In this document: positions 20,968 through 29,687 of the stretch, in pieces | How the letters are laid out: each line of letters starts with the position of its first letter | How positions within the stretch are numbered: the stretch's first letter is position 1 | Source of the DNA: an uncultured Bacteriovoracaceae bacterium | Lineage (GTDB): Bacteria; Bdellovibrionota; UBA2428 | Direction of reading: 5' to 3' | DNA length: 64,000 nt | Assembly (NCBI GenBank): GCA_964407615.1 | Contig: CAYOWH010000005.1 | Coordinates: 7,121 to 71,120, forward strand | Translations under genes and position numbers: made by a program | The notes under the pieces: generated by a model | Database searches by the model: none | Seen by the model: the letters and a program-made list of their open reading frames with translations, nothing else | Told to the model about the DNA's origin: nothing

Positions 20968-22776
20968 TTACTTTAATCGCTCGTTTCCCACTTCTTTGGG
21001 TGCCCAAATATCAACGTCCATTTCTTCCACGTATTGTATAATGGGAGTTTGTCCTAGAACTTTTATTTCTTTAAATGAGTCAATCATCGTATTCTTTTTA
21101 AGATCAACGGTAGCTTTTTTAATGGGCCAATTTTTATGGTTGATATCGGTTTTGATAACTGTTCCTTCTTTATTAACTCCAAAAAAGCGGTAACGTTCTA
21201 CTAGAAATTTACTAAGGTCATCATTCGCTGAAGGGGCTTCTTTGTCTGATACTTGAAAACTTGCTTCAAATTCCGCGAGTGGCGAGTCGATTTCAGTTCT
21301 TTGGCTTTTAAAATAGAAAGGATTCTCTTGTGTTCCCTCTCCAGACATTTTCATTTTTGCTTGCTTATAAGGTAGTCCAGGAAAAAGGCTGGATGTTTTG
21401 ACAACGAGCTTATTGCTTGCATCGAGAGTTAAAAAATAAACCCCACGCTGCTCACCGTATTTGACATAGGTTCTAAGGTTGATTTCAGGAAAACTAGGAA
21501 CAAGATTTGTGATGTTACCTGGTTTGATCGAGCTCATTTTAAAGGGAACAACAGAAACCCACGCTTCATTGTTATGAAGATCGAGTTCCAGGGGTGGTGG
21601 AATGAGTTTTTGAAGCTCACTCGGATCAACTTTATAATGTAGGAAAAGCAAGTTTGACCACCTTTGACTCATGATTGATTTTTTTTTGTTCAAAATATTT
21701 TTATCGGAGCTATCCGCTTCGAAATTTGTAATTTCAGGTAGTTTTTTATCTTTTAAGATATTGTTTACTTTGCAAAGTCTGTAATCTTTTTCTTGAGGGG
21801 AAAGGAAGGAAATGTCGCAATCGCTCGTTTTAGGTTCAGCAGGTTTTTTTTCTAGACAGATATCCTTTTTTTCATCGTTCTTGATTTTTGTGCAAGAAGA
21901 TAGGGTGTCTGGTTTTTTTAAAAATTTTGTAAAATTATTCAAATAGTATTCAGGAAGATTTTTGATTGCCTTGTTCTTGTGACATTCTCTACTTTTTGTT
22001 TCTTCAAATAGACATTGTATTTGAATTTGTTTTTGGCTGAATTCTTTATGCGATACTTTTTCTTGTGATGCCATGTAGTTAAGAAAGGTCTGTTCTGTTT
22101 TTTGATGGTTAATTTTTGGGCTTTTAATTATTTCTTTAAAGCTTTCTTCATTCAAAAAAGGGTAGAGGTTCAAAACTTCTTGAGGAATAGGCTTTTCGTT
22201 TTTTAGAGCTAGCAAAACTGTATTGATTTCATGGGTGATTTCTATACTTATTGAATCTTTTGGTGGGCAGCTTGCGAGCTTCTTAATTTTTTGAAGCTGT
22301 TCACTTTGAAAGTTATTGCTTAGTAAGGGAGGGTTTTTAAAAAAAGATGTGTTGCCTTGAAGCCTTGCGAATTCCGATATGTTTTGAATCTTGCTTTTGA
22401 TCTCATGCCTCAAAATATAGCTATTAAGGTAAAATGATAAAATGATTTCATTTTTTCGCTCTTGATTGAAAGCTGATTTTTGTTTTTCAAAACACTTATC
22501 AAAAAAATCTTCATCTACATCAATTTTTGTTTCATTATTTGATTCAAGAAGTGTTACGAGTTCATTGCTTTTAGCAAACTTTGTACTTAATTCTTCAATG
22601 CAGTTTTGCGGTTTAGCGAGGCTTTGTGAAAATTTCATTAAGACTTCACAGCTTAGTTTAGGGGAGCTTCTTTCGTTTTTTGTTGAAAAGAGTTTTTCGT
22701 GAAGATTCGTTTCTTGGCTTGCCAAAATGAAAATGGGGCATAAAATAAACGAATAAATTAACTTTTTAGAATCCAT
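20968..22776 (-). CDS. Fusion protein: signal peptide plus Cys/Lys-rich orphan domain (about 368 aa) plus C-terminal DUF2071 (YqjF-like) domain
   Basis: N-terminus MDSKKLIYSFILCPIFILASQ. The C-terminal 234 aa begin MSQRWSNLLFLHYKVDPSELQKLIPPPLELD...AWVSVVPF, the DUF2071 N-terminal signature. The internal ATG at 21672 would give a normal-sized stand-alone DUF2071 protein. Confidence 0.55.
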   Translation of the reverse strand: MDSKKLIYSFILCPIFILASQETNLHEKLFSTKNERSSPKLSCEVLMKFSQSLAKPQNCIEELSTKFAKSNELVTLLESNNETKIDVDEDFFDKCFEKQKSAFNQERKNEIILSFYLNSYILRHEIKSKIQNISEFARLQGNTSFFKNPPLLSNNFQSEQLQKIKKLASCPPKDSISIEITHEINTVLLALKNEKPIPQEVLNLYPFLNEESFKEIIKSPKINHQKTEQTFLNYMASQEKVSHKEFSQKQIQIQCLFEETKSRECHKNKAIKNLPEYYLNNFTKFLKKPDTLSSCTKIKNDEKKDICLEKKPAEPKTSDCDISFLSPQEKDYRLCKVNNILKDKKLPEITNFEADSSDKNILNKKKSIMSQRWSNLLFLHYKVDPSELQKLIPPPLELDLHNNEAWVSVVPFKMSSIKPGNITNLVPSFPEINLRTYVKYGEQRGVYFLTLDASNKLVVKTSSLFPGLPYKQAKMKMSGEGTQENPFYFKSQRTEIDSPLAEFEASFQVSDKEAPSANDDLSKFLVERYRFFGVNKEGTVIKTDINHKNWPIKKATVDLKKNTMIDSFKEIKVLGQTPIIQYVEEMDVDIWAPKEVGNERLK

Positions 22777-22827
22777 GATTTAATTATAAAGACTTCTGCT
22801 AAAATAAAATAAGAGGTTCGTTAATAA

Positions 22828-23784
22828 TTGAAAAACTTTGAATATAATTTATTGACAGGATCAGTTTTTATTATGGGTTCTCTTTTTGCTCGTGTCGAAA
22901 ATTCCCGAGAGTATATGCAAGACGTCCAGGTACACGGCCATCAGGGTTCTGATGTTTCCCCAGATCATTTTTTACGTCAGGAAGCTGTAGTGGTTCGTAG
23001 CCCTTTTACAATTCCTAAAACATGTCCGGTTGCAGCTTTAGATTCAAAAGGGCAATTTCTTAATCCCGATCAAAAATGTGACTTTTACGATTGCGCAGCC
23101 AAGGAAGCAGACACAAAAAAAGTATGTATAGAAAAAGATCCCAGCGCTTATTTTATTGAGTACGGTAAAAAATATTGTGAGCGATTTTCAAGTGATGCAA
23201 TGAATTCTTTGTCTTTGAGGGGAAAAGCTTGGCTCCGAAATACTCTAGCTTGTTTGCAAAGTAAGATTTTTTCGGGATGTAATGCGGAAGCTAAGTGTTA
23301 TGATTGCCAGTCTATTCATGATCTGGCCTTTGGTACTCACCCAGAATGTTATGTAGACAGCGGACTTTGTTTTTTAACTTTAGAGGATCAGCAAAAAATT
23401 GCTTTAACTGTTGATTTAAAAGATTTAGCAACAAAAGATAGTGCTATTCAGGTGGCAAAAAGTATTTCCTTGTGCACAGGGTTACATATGAGAAAGTTGG
23501 ATAAGGGAATTTTAGCTCTAAATAAATCAGATCCGATTAAGAGGGTGCTAAACGGAGAAGGCGCTGATTTTTCTTTTCAAAAATGGCAAGCTGGTGCGGT
23601 GGATTACCAAAAAACTCAAAGAGAAAAAGATATTTCAAGGAACATGGGTATCGACCCGAGGGCTGTTCAATATATGCCCAGAGAAAGCTCGAATATTCAG
23701 GGAAAAGAAATTCAATGGACTGTTCAAGATGGAGAGGTCTTGGAGGTTATTGCTAATTCTGATGGAACTTTTAGTGTTTACTAG
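22828..23784 (+). CDS. Cysteine-rich hypothetical protein (318 aa)
   Basis: Long ORF with more than 12 Cys in the central 150 aa (CPVAAL..CDFYDC..C..YC..C..C..CYDC..C..C). Hydrophobic N-terminus. The TTG start at 22828 is uncertain (alternative ATG at 22873). Confidence 0.45.
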   Translation: MKNFEYNLLTGSVFIMGSLFARVENSREYMQDVQVHGHQGSDVSPDHFLRQEAVVVRSPFTIPKTCPVAALDSKGQFLNPDQKCDFYDCAAKEADTKKVCIEKDPSAYFIEYGKKYCERFSSDAMNSLSLRGKAWLRNTLACLQSKIFSGCNAEAKCYDCQSIHDLAFGTHPECYVDSGLCFLTLEDQQKIALTVDLKDLATKDSAIQVAKSISLCTGLHMRKLDKGILALNKSDPIKRVLNGEGADFSFQKWQAGAVDYQKTQREKDISRNMGIDPRAVQYMPRESSNIQGKEIQWTVQDGEVLEVIANSDGTFSVY

Positions 23785-23807
23785 AGAAAGAATACGGATT
23801 TAATTTC

Positions 23808-24401
23808 ATGAAAAAAATAATATTTTTTTATTTATTAGCGCTCAATACAAAACCTGGTTTTTCAGATGAAAAAATGGATAAAATTGTAGTTAAAATTCAG
23901 GAAAAACCAATTCCCTCAAAACCCATAGACTCTGCAGGTCTTTGTGGTTGTGCAAGAAAATGGATCAAGAAAGCAAGGATGGGTGATGTTGTAGCAATGA
24001 CCGAGCTTGCTCGATGTTATCTTCCCTCGATCAAAACGCTCATGACAGATGAACAAAAGCTTGAGGGATTTGTATGCACGCCTCATTCAGAGCTCAGAGC
24101 GGCTTGGCTGGGGGCTGCTGCTAGTCGTGGATTTGCTCCTGCTCAATACGAGTATGGAATGCTGTATCTCTACGGTGATGGTGTTGCGGTTGATCGAGTA
24201 AATGCAAGTAATTGGCTAACTCTCTCAGCATCTAAGGGATATCCGCTAGCTTATTTTACTTTAGGTGAAATTTATCAGTTCGGATTAGGTAGGCCCAAGA
24301 ATAGATCAAAAGCCATCAAGAATTTTGAAGCAGCCGCAAAACTTGGAGATCCGAGAGCAAAAGATAGAATCGACGAAATTAAGGCTGATATTAATCAATA
24401 A
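23808..24401 (+). CDS. Sel1-like (SLR) repeat protein, secreted
   Basis: Signal peptide followed by SLR repeats: AQYEYGMLYLYGDGVAVDRVNASNWLTLSASKGYPLAYFTLGEIYQFGLGRPKNRSKAIKNFEAAAKLGDPRA. Confidence 0.85.
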   Translation: MKKIIFFYLLALNTKPGFSDEKMDKIVVKIQEKPIPSKPIDSAGLCGCARKWIKKARMGDVVAMTELARCYLPSIKTLMTDEQKLEGFVCTPHSELRAAWLGAAASRGFAPAQYEYGMLYLYGDGVAVDRVNASNWLTLSASKGYPLAYFTLGEIYQFGLGRPKNRSKAIKNFEAAAKLGDPRAKDRIDEIKADINQ

Positions 24402-24406
24402 TTTTA

Positions 24407-25300
24407 TTAAGTTTTCAAATCTGCAAGTGAGTTCGATATAAAAGTAGCATCCCACTTTTTTTCGAGATTGATAATGTTTTGAGCGTCGGCAAAGGGAGCG
24501 ACGGGAGCATTTTTGAAACTGAGTCTTTGAAAATGATGAAGATAAACTCCTAACATGAGTTGAATGGGTCCTAGGTCTTTTTGATTTTTTTGTCGTTCTT
24601 TGACTCTTAGGAAAAGGTCAAAGTCGGCGCTTTGAATTCTCTCATCCCAATATCCAACTTTCTCAAAAGCTTTACGAGTCATTCCAACGGCAGAACCTGA
24701 AAAATTTTCGATACAAGTATTTTTAAATTTTTCGTATCGATTGTTTGTGTAGGCTTCCCATTCGCCGTACATAAGGCTTGTCATCCAACGCAAGGTTTTT
24801 TTATTGATTCCCAAGATAAAGCTTATGATGGACTTAATTCGCTTCCATCGTCTGATTATTTTTTTTGTAGAAGTGTTTGTTTCAGTCCTGTCGGTTGTTG
24901 CCCATGAGAAAACTTCAAGATTTTTATTTTCAATAATTTCTACACTCCTAAGATCCCATTCTTTTGATAAAATAAGATCGTTATTTAAGAAAAAAAATAG
25001 ATCGCTAGTAGCGGCTCTTATTCCTTGGTTTTGACTATACGGATAGGAATAGTTTTTTGTATTTCTAATGACAGTTGCGCCTGCTTTTTCAAATAACTCG
25101 GGGGATCCGTCGGTACTTGCGTTATCAACTATGATTAATTCAAAGGGAAGGGATGAGTATTTTTTTAAAGATTCTATAAATAATTCATTTGCATCTCTCT
25201 GGTTACGTATCGCTGTGATGATGCTGTAACGTGGTTTTCTACTCATCTCTTTGTCTGTTCCTATATATTGACTGTATGATCGGTGATCCCATGTTTGCAT
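24407..25300 (-). CDS. Glycosyltransferase family 2
   Basis: YSIITAIRN...ELIIVDNASTDGS...FLNND (DxD-like) fits a GT-A fold. The real start may be the ATG at 25246 (MSRKPRYSII). Confidence 0.8.
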   Translation of the reverse strand: MQTWDHRSYSQYIGTDKEMSRKPRYSIITAIRNQRDANELFIESLKKYSSLPFELIIVDNASTDGSPELFEKAGATVIRNTKNYSYPYSQNQGIRAATSDLFFFLNNDLILSKEWDLRSVEIIENKNLEVFSWATTDRTETNTSTKKIIRRWKRIKSIISFILGINKKTLRWMTSLMYGEWEAYTNNRYEKFKNTCIENFSGSAVGMTRKAFEKVGYWDERIQSADFDLFLRVKERQKNQKDLGPIQLMLGVYLHHFQRLSFKNAPVAPFADAQNIINLEKKWDATFISNSLADLKT

Positions 25301-25443
25301 GAGATAAGTTTTTCATTTTTTGTTTTTTCAAAAAGATCGAAGTTGTTTTGAAAATTTACATAAGTATTTGGAGATTCAAGACAAGCGCGGAGATGCTTTG
25401 GAGCATTGTAGGTTGTCGCAATCAGGGTAATTTTGAGAGACAT
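25261..25443 (-). pseudogene. Possible relic of a second GT2 gene (N-terminal ~25 codons only)
   Basis: The 60-codon ORF begins MSLKITLIATTYNAPKHLRACLES, a typical GT2 N-terminus, then degenerates. The other frames close immediately. It overlaps the start of the intact GT2 gene. Confidence 0.3.
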
Positions 25444-25665
25444 ATAAAAAAACTATAGTTACCATTAGTAAGAGAGCGCCTCAATGTTGTTTTTTGTATT
25501 CTATTTTTAGGGTTTATTGCAGCACAAGAGGTAGCTGCTGAATCAATCTTAAGTAAGGAAGAGGCTTCTCATGGTTCCAATCAGTTAAAAGAAAAGAATG
25601 ATGATTCCGTAGAGGTAAAAAAAATTTCTACCGATGATTGTCCTGATTGTTTTTTAAAGTGGCAT

Positions 25666-26961
25666 ATGGAAAGAGAAAAGCTTCGAAAAGCTACTGAGCT
25701 TGGAAGTATTTTTGAATTTGGTGGGTTGTTAGAAATATGCAGCAAAAAATCTGAGCAAAAAAAATTCTTTGAAAGTCCTCAGTTCGCTTCTTGTATGAAA
25801 AGGCTGCAAGCCTTGGCAGGCGTTGGTTTAGAGAATTTACAAAGAACTGAAGAAACAGTGTCTCGGTTGAGTACTAGGCCAAACATTCCTCCGGATGCTT
25901 ACAAGCTTCCTTCTTCATTTCAAAAAGTTGATTTTTGGCTTGGCTTACAAGATAAGAATGAAGAAAATATAAAAAAAGTTATTTCATCAATAAAAGCAGA
26001 AAATCCAAAATCTGTGACTTTTAAATATGTGAGTCATTTTAAACCTAAGGGATATTTTTTTATAACGTATTGGCCCGATACTTATGGGGATAAGTTTGTT
26101 CACTTTGATGAGGAAATGGCAATTATAATGCTCTCAAAGGTTAATAAAGATCTTAACGGTGAGAAAATAGATCCACCTTTATTTTTTTTAGGTACTGTTG
26201 ATGCTAATAATGCTTCTGGAGAACCTCCAAAGATTACAAAAGATGTTATTAAGGTGAGTGAGCTGGAGTCTCCAGTGAGAGCTAATCTAGCAGCTTGCTA
26301 TGCCTGTCATCAAACGGGAGTTATGCCGGTTTTTCCAATCGACAAATCAAGCAAAGGTGTTGTTTCTTATGACGAAAAAATTCCATCAAAAAAAATTCTT
26401 GAATGGTTTAATTCAACCCATGTAAAAGCAGGCAATACGGGATACTCACAATTATTGGCAGATATGCCAGATCTTGGAACAGAATCAAAATTTAGAAATT
26501 TTCGCTTTGTTAAAGAATGTTCTGATATCAAGTCTGATGATTCTATTAGAAAAGTCCACTCTTCTATGTCGTCTTGTGTTAAGTGCCATGACGGCAGCTC
26601 TGCTCCACCTCTAAAATTTCCATTTGGTTCCTCCGCTGTTTTTGATGCAGATAGAGTTGATCCTTCTCAACCTTTAAAAGAGGCTGAGATTACTGATATT
26701 ACTGGTGGAAATGAAGAAAATCCAAAGTTAAGATTCTCTCAAGCAGTCTTAGATATCGTTATGGGAGAAGGTCATATGCCTCCAAAGTCAAATGTACCAG
26801 GCCATAAGAATTTTTTAAGTCCTAAGGAAAGGCTTGCGCTTAAAGATTGTCTGCTTTCTGAGTATTTTGGAAAGATGTATCCACCAGCTCAAAAGAAAGG
26901 CCTTAAGCACGACGGTCTTTTAATTGATTATTTACTTGAGACGGAATGTCCTAAAAAGTAA
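25666..26961 (+). CDS. Di-haem c-type cytochrome domain protein with large orphan N-terminal domain (5' part disrupted or mis-called, see findings)
   Basis: Two CxxCH motifs (CYACHQTG and CVKCHDG) and a GHMPP candidate Met ligand. The reading frame is open upstream to 25459 and encodes a signal-peptide-like VVFCILFLGFIAAQEVAAES without an in-frame start codon. Confidence 0.65.
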   Translation: MEREKLRKATELGSIFEFGGLLEICSKKSEQKKFFESPQFASCMKRLQALAGVGLENLQRTEETVSRLSTRPNIPPDAYKLPSSFQKVDFWLGLQDKNEENIKKVISSIKAENPKSVTFKYVSHFKPKGYFFITYWPDTYGDKFVHFDEEMAIIMLSKVNKDLNGEKIDPPLFFLGTVDANNASGEPPKITKDVIKVSELESPVRANLAACYACHQTGVMPVFPIDKSSKGVVSYDEKIPSKKILEWFNSTHVKAGNTGYSQLLADMPDLGTESKFRNFRFVKECSDIKSDDSIRKVHSSMSSCVKCHDGSSAPPLKFPFGSSAVFDADRVDPSQPLKEAEITDITGGNEENPKLRFSQAVLDIVMGEGHMPPKSNVPGHKNFLSPKERLALKDCLLSEYFGKMYPPAQKKGLKHDGLLIDYLLETECPKK

Positions 26962-26976
26962 TTTTTTAGCTAAGAA

Positions 26977-27879
26977 TTAGATTTCAATATCGTGATTTGT
27001 TTTAAGAATTTCTTTAGGTAATCTACCTTTTTTCACAGCCTGTTCAAATTCATAAATTTTAGCGTCGACTAAAAATCTATACCAAAAGGCTTGCAGGCTC
27101 GCATGAATAAACCCGTTTTTGCCATCTAAAAAACCAAGCCTAAATATATATCTGTAAATCAAGTATGCTACGGCTCGCGTTCCTAGAGGAAGGAAATTGT
27201 AAACATTATTTTTTAAAAACCTTTTTATAGCTGCTTTATTGTTAAATGTTTTTCCAAGTGAGTTGTCTTCTTTGAAAAACTTGTATCTCGCATTTAAAAG
27301 ATCAACCATTTCTCTTGATGAATAAGAATTATGTTTTTCTGTCCACCATTTTAGACTATTTAGATTGTAATCAACTATATGTTTTTTTAAGGTTATTGTT
27401 GATCCAGAATTAAGGATTATATGTTCGTCCATAAACCGTTGTTCAATTTTAGCAGTTCCCCTTCTCCAGACTCTTAAAAGTATTTCAGGGTAAACACCTC
27501 CGTGCTTTAACCATTTACCTAAAAAAAACCATTTTCTTTTAATATAAATACCATTAATTTCAGATTTAAGAGTGTTAAGAGTATCGCGTATTTCTTCAGC
27601 TAAGCCCTCTTCCCAGAATTCGTCTGCATCCATTCTCATAACCCACTCTGTTTCAATGTTTGTATTTTCTATTGCCCAATTAAATTGATTAGCATGATTA
27701 TAGAATGTTCTTTCATAAACATCTGCTCCTAGGGCTTTTGCTAATTCAATTGTTTTGTCTGTTGAAAAGGAGTCTACAATTACTATTCGTGATGGAACTT
27801 TTGAAAAACTGTTGATACATCTTTGAATATGGGCTTCTTCATTTTTTGTTAGAATTATGACGGTTAAACTACAAGGCAT
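26977..27879 (-). CDS. Glycosyltransferase family 2 (LPS-core/polysaccharide type)
   Basis: LTVIILTKNEE..I..C..S......IVIVDSFSTDKT....K..GA.V, and a RMDADE DxD-type motif. Confidence 0.85.
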   Translation of the reverse strand: MPCSLTVIILTKNEEAHIQRCINSFSKVPSRIVIVDSFSTDKTIELAKALGADVYERTFYNHANQFNWAIENTNIETEWVMRMDADEFWEEGLAEEIRDTLNTLKSEINGIYIKRKWFFLGKWLKHGGVYPEILLRVWRRGTAKIEQRFMDEHIILNSGSTITLKKHIVDYNLNSLKWWTEKHNSYSSREMVDLLNARYKFFKEDNSLGKTFNNKAAIKRFLKNNVYNFLPLGTRAVAYLIYRYIFRLGFLDGKNGFIHASLQAFWYRFLVDAKIYEFEQAVKKGRLPKEILKTNHDIEI

Positions 27880-28139
27880 GATTTATTTTAAAATAAAATT
27901 GATATTTTTTATATATTGACCCGGTTAACTCCCAAAAAAGTGGGAGATATAATAGGGTTCTTATCTGATTGAGTTGAGGGCAAAGCGGCAAATAGGTAGA
28001 TTTTTATTCTGTAATAATGAAGTTGTTCAAAGACTCGTTAGTACAAGGAAAGGAAAAGCCCCCATATGCCTGATTCAAATGTATCAAAGTTTGTCCTATT
28101 ACCCGAGCTTGTGCTCACAAAAAAAAGAATTTAGAAAAC

Positions 28140-28216
<77 letters not shown>

Positions 28217-28364
28217 AAGTTGGATTCCTTTATACGTAATAGGCTATGGCGCGATGGTCAAGAAGAGACCCAAGAATAAGTTGCATTACACTCCGCGCAA
28301 GCTCTTTTGTTCAGCGGAAGGGTGGGGTTCTAGCGGATTTCAAACTTCGCCCTAAACTGTATCC

Positions 28365-28763
28365 ATGAAAACACAAAGCACACGTAAAAAATTTTTTTCT
28401 ACTTTAACTTTCATCGTGTTTGCGCAACTTGCGAGCCTGCAATCTTTTGCGGCTGACGTCCCCGCAAAAACTGTCATTCATTCGGTCAAAATTGAATACT
28501 CTCGGATGTTATATCCCGTAACTGCTCAAGGTTTTGAGATTTATCAAGCGATCATAGGGGGCCACGTCCATTTTGAAGGAAAGCCTGAGGTTAATGTCAC
28601 TCTCAAAATTGGTGGGCAAAACTACACATCTCCAACTGATCCAAACGGTAATTTTTCGTTTTTTGTATTTACAAATTATGCGGGACGCTTTGATGTCGGT
28701 GCGTGGTCACCCAATTCAGACGCTTATGTCACAAGTGGATCTAAAGAATTACAGCTTAAGTAA
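28365..28763 (+). CDS. Small secreted protein, carboxypeptidase-regulatory-like (Ig-like) fold suspected
   Basis: Signal peptide ending SFAADV. The GGQNYTSPTDPNGNFSFFV pattern is typical of CarboxypepD_reg-like domains. Confidence 0.5.
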   Translation: MKTQSTRKKFFSTLTFIVFAQLASLQSFAADVPAKTVIHSVKIEYSRMLYPVTAQGFEIYQAIIGGHVHFEGKPEVNVTLKIGGQNYTSPTDPNGNFSFFVFTNYAGRFDVGAWSPNSDAYVTSGSKELQLK

Positions 28764-28773
28764 ATTATTTTCG

Positions 28774-29376
28774 CTAAGCCTGGGTGCTTCGGTCAATTTC
28801 TGTAAGAACTTTTTGTTTGTCTTCAAGTCCCATTGACCATCTCGCAAGGAGCTTGGGTGTATGCGAGGCAAGCCATGCAATGACAGAGACTTTAAACAAT
28901 CGCGAAAAAAAATAAATAATAAGTAACGATTTCAGTGAGAATCCTGAAAGAAGAGGAAGAATGATAAAGGGCTGAATGGGAAAGGGGGCCATGACTCCTA
29001 TAAAAAGGGCAAAGCCTCCATATTTTTCCATAAAACTTGCAACTGTAAGCCACGCCTTGCTTTGGAAAAAGTGTGGAAAAAATTCTCTTAGTAAGTCAGC
29101 ATCCCAGTAAACAATTCCCGCCAATAAAGCAGCTCCCAGAAAGTTTCCAATAGCAAATATCAAACCAATCCTTATCCAGTTCTTGGGTCGGCCTAGGACA
29201 GCTGAAACTAACAAAGCATCTGAGGGAATTATTCCCACAAAAACATCAGCGGCAGTGAGGCCAGCAATAGCGAAAGGATACCACTTTCGATCAGTGAAGT
29301 GAAAAATTCTTGAGATACGTTCTTTAACTTTTTTGAAACTCAGAGACCATGTAAAAAATTTTTTTGAATTTTCCAT
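28774..29376 (-). CDS. YqaA/DedA-related (SNARE-associated domain) membrane protein
   Basis: Polytopic protein with AGLTAADVFVGIIPSDALLVSAVL. I moved the start to the ATG at 29376 because the ORF-track N-terminus (to 29451) runs into tRNA-Val. Confidence 0.6.
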   Translation of the reverse strand: MENSKKFFTWSLSFKKVKERISRIFHFTDRKWYPFAIAGLTAADVFVGIIPSDALLVSAVLGRPKNWIRIGLIFAIGNFLGAALLAGIVYWDADLLREFFPHFFQSKAWLTVASFMEKYGGFALFIGVMAPFPIQPFIILPLLSGFSLKSLLIIYFFSRLFKVSVIAWLASHTPKLLARWSMGLEDKQKVLTEIDRSTQA

Positions 29377-29411
29377 TCCTAACAAGATTAGATTAACAGT
29401 TTCTAAAAAAA

Positions 29412-29488
29412 TGGTACACGCTACTGGGCTCGAACCAGTGACCCCCACCATGTCAAGGTGGTACTCTAACCAACTGAGCTAAGCGTGC
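29412..29488 (-). tRNA. tRNA-Val (anticodon GAC)
   Basis: The reverse complement reads GCACGCTTAGCTCAGTTGGTTAGAGTACCACCTTGACATGGTGGGGGTCACTGGTTCGAGCCCAGTAGCGTGTACCA. Cloverleaf with anticodon loop TTGACAT, a G1-U72 wobble closing pair and an encoded CCA. Confidence 0.9.
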
Positions 29489-29515
29489 GCAGGGTAATCT
29501 TGCCTCATGTGTAAA

Positions 29516-29592
29516 TGGTAGCTGAGGGCGGAGTCGAACCGCCGACCTGTGGGTTATGAATCCACCGCTCTCACCAACTGAGCTACCCAGCC
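29516..29592 (-). tRNA. tRNA with CAT anticodon (elongator Met or Ile2/lysidine; not initiator-like)
   Basis: The reverse complement reads GGCTGGGTAGCTCAGTTGGTGAGAGCGGTGGATTCATAACCCACAGGTCGGCGGTTCGACTCCGCCCTCAGCTACCA. Anticodon loop TTCATAA, G1-U72 pair, A31-C39 mismatch. It lacks the initiator features (C1:A72 mismatch, three G-C pairs in the anticodon stem). Confidence 0.88.
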
Positions 29593-29687
29593 ATTACGAA
29601 CGAAGACACGAGGCATAATAGCGCCTCAAGGGTGTGTGAGCAAGTCTCGTAAAACATGTTAGCCTTTTTTTCGGAGGGGTACTGCAT

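Noticed and set aside
25484-25510. Tiny ORF MLFFVFYF* as an independent leader peptide
   Set aside because: A more parsimonious reading is that it is the displaced start of the cytochrome c gene (see the frameshift finding). A real 8-codon leader cannot be excluded, but nothing else supports it.
29377-29451. N-terminal 25 codons of the ORF-track call 28774..29451 (MVGVTGSSPVACT...)
   Set aside because: This part overlaps tRNA-Val (29412..29488). The internal ATG at 29376 gives a sensible YqaA-like protein, so the extension was trimmed.
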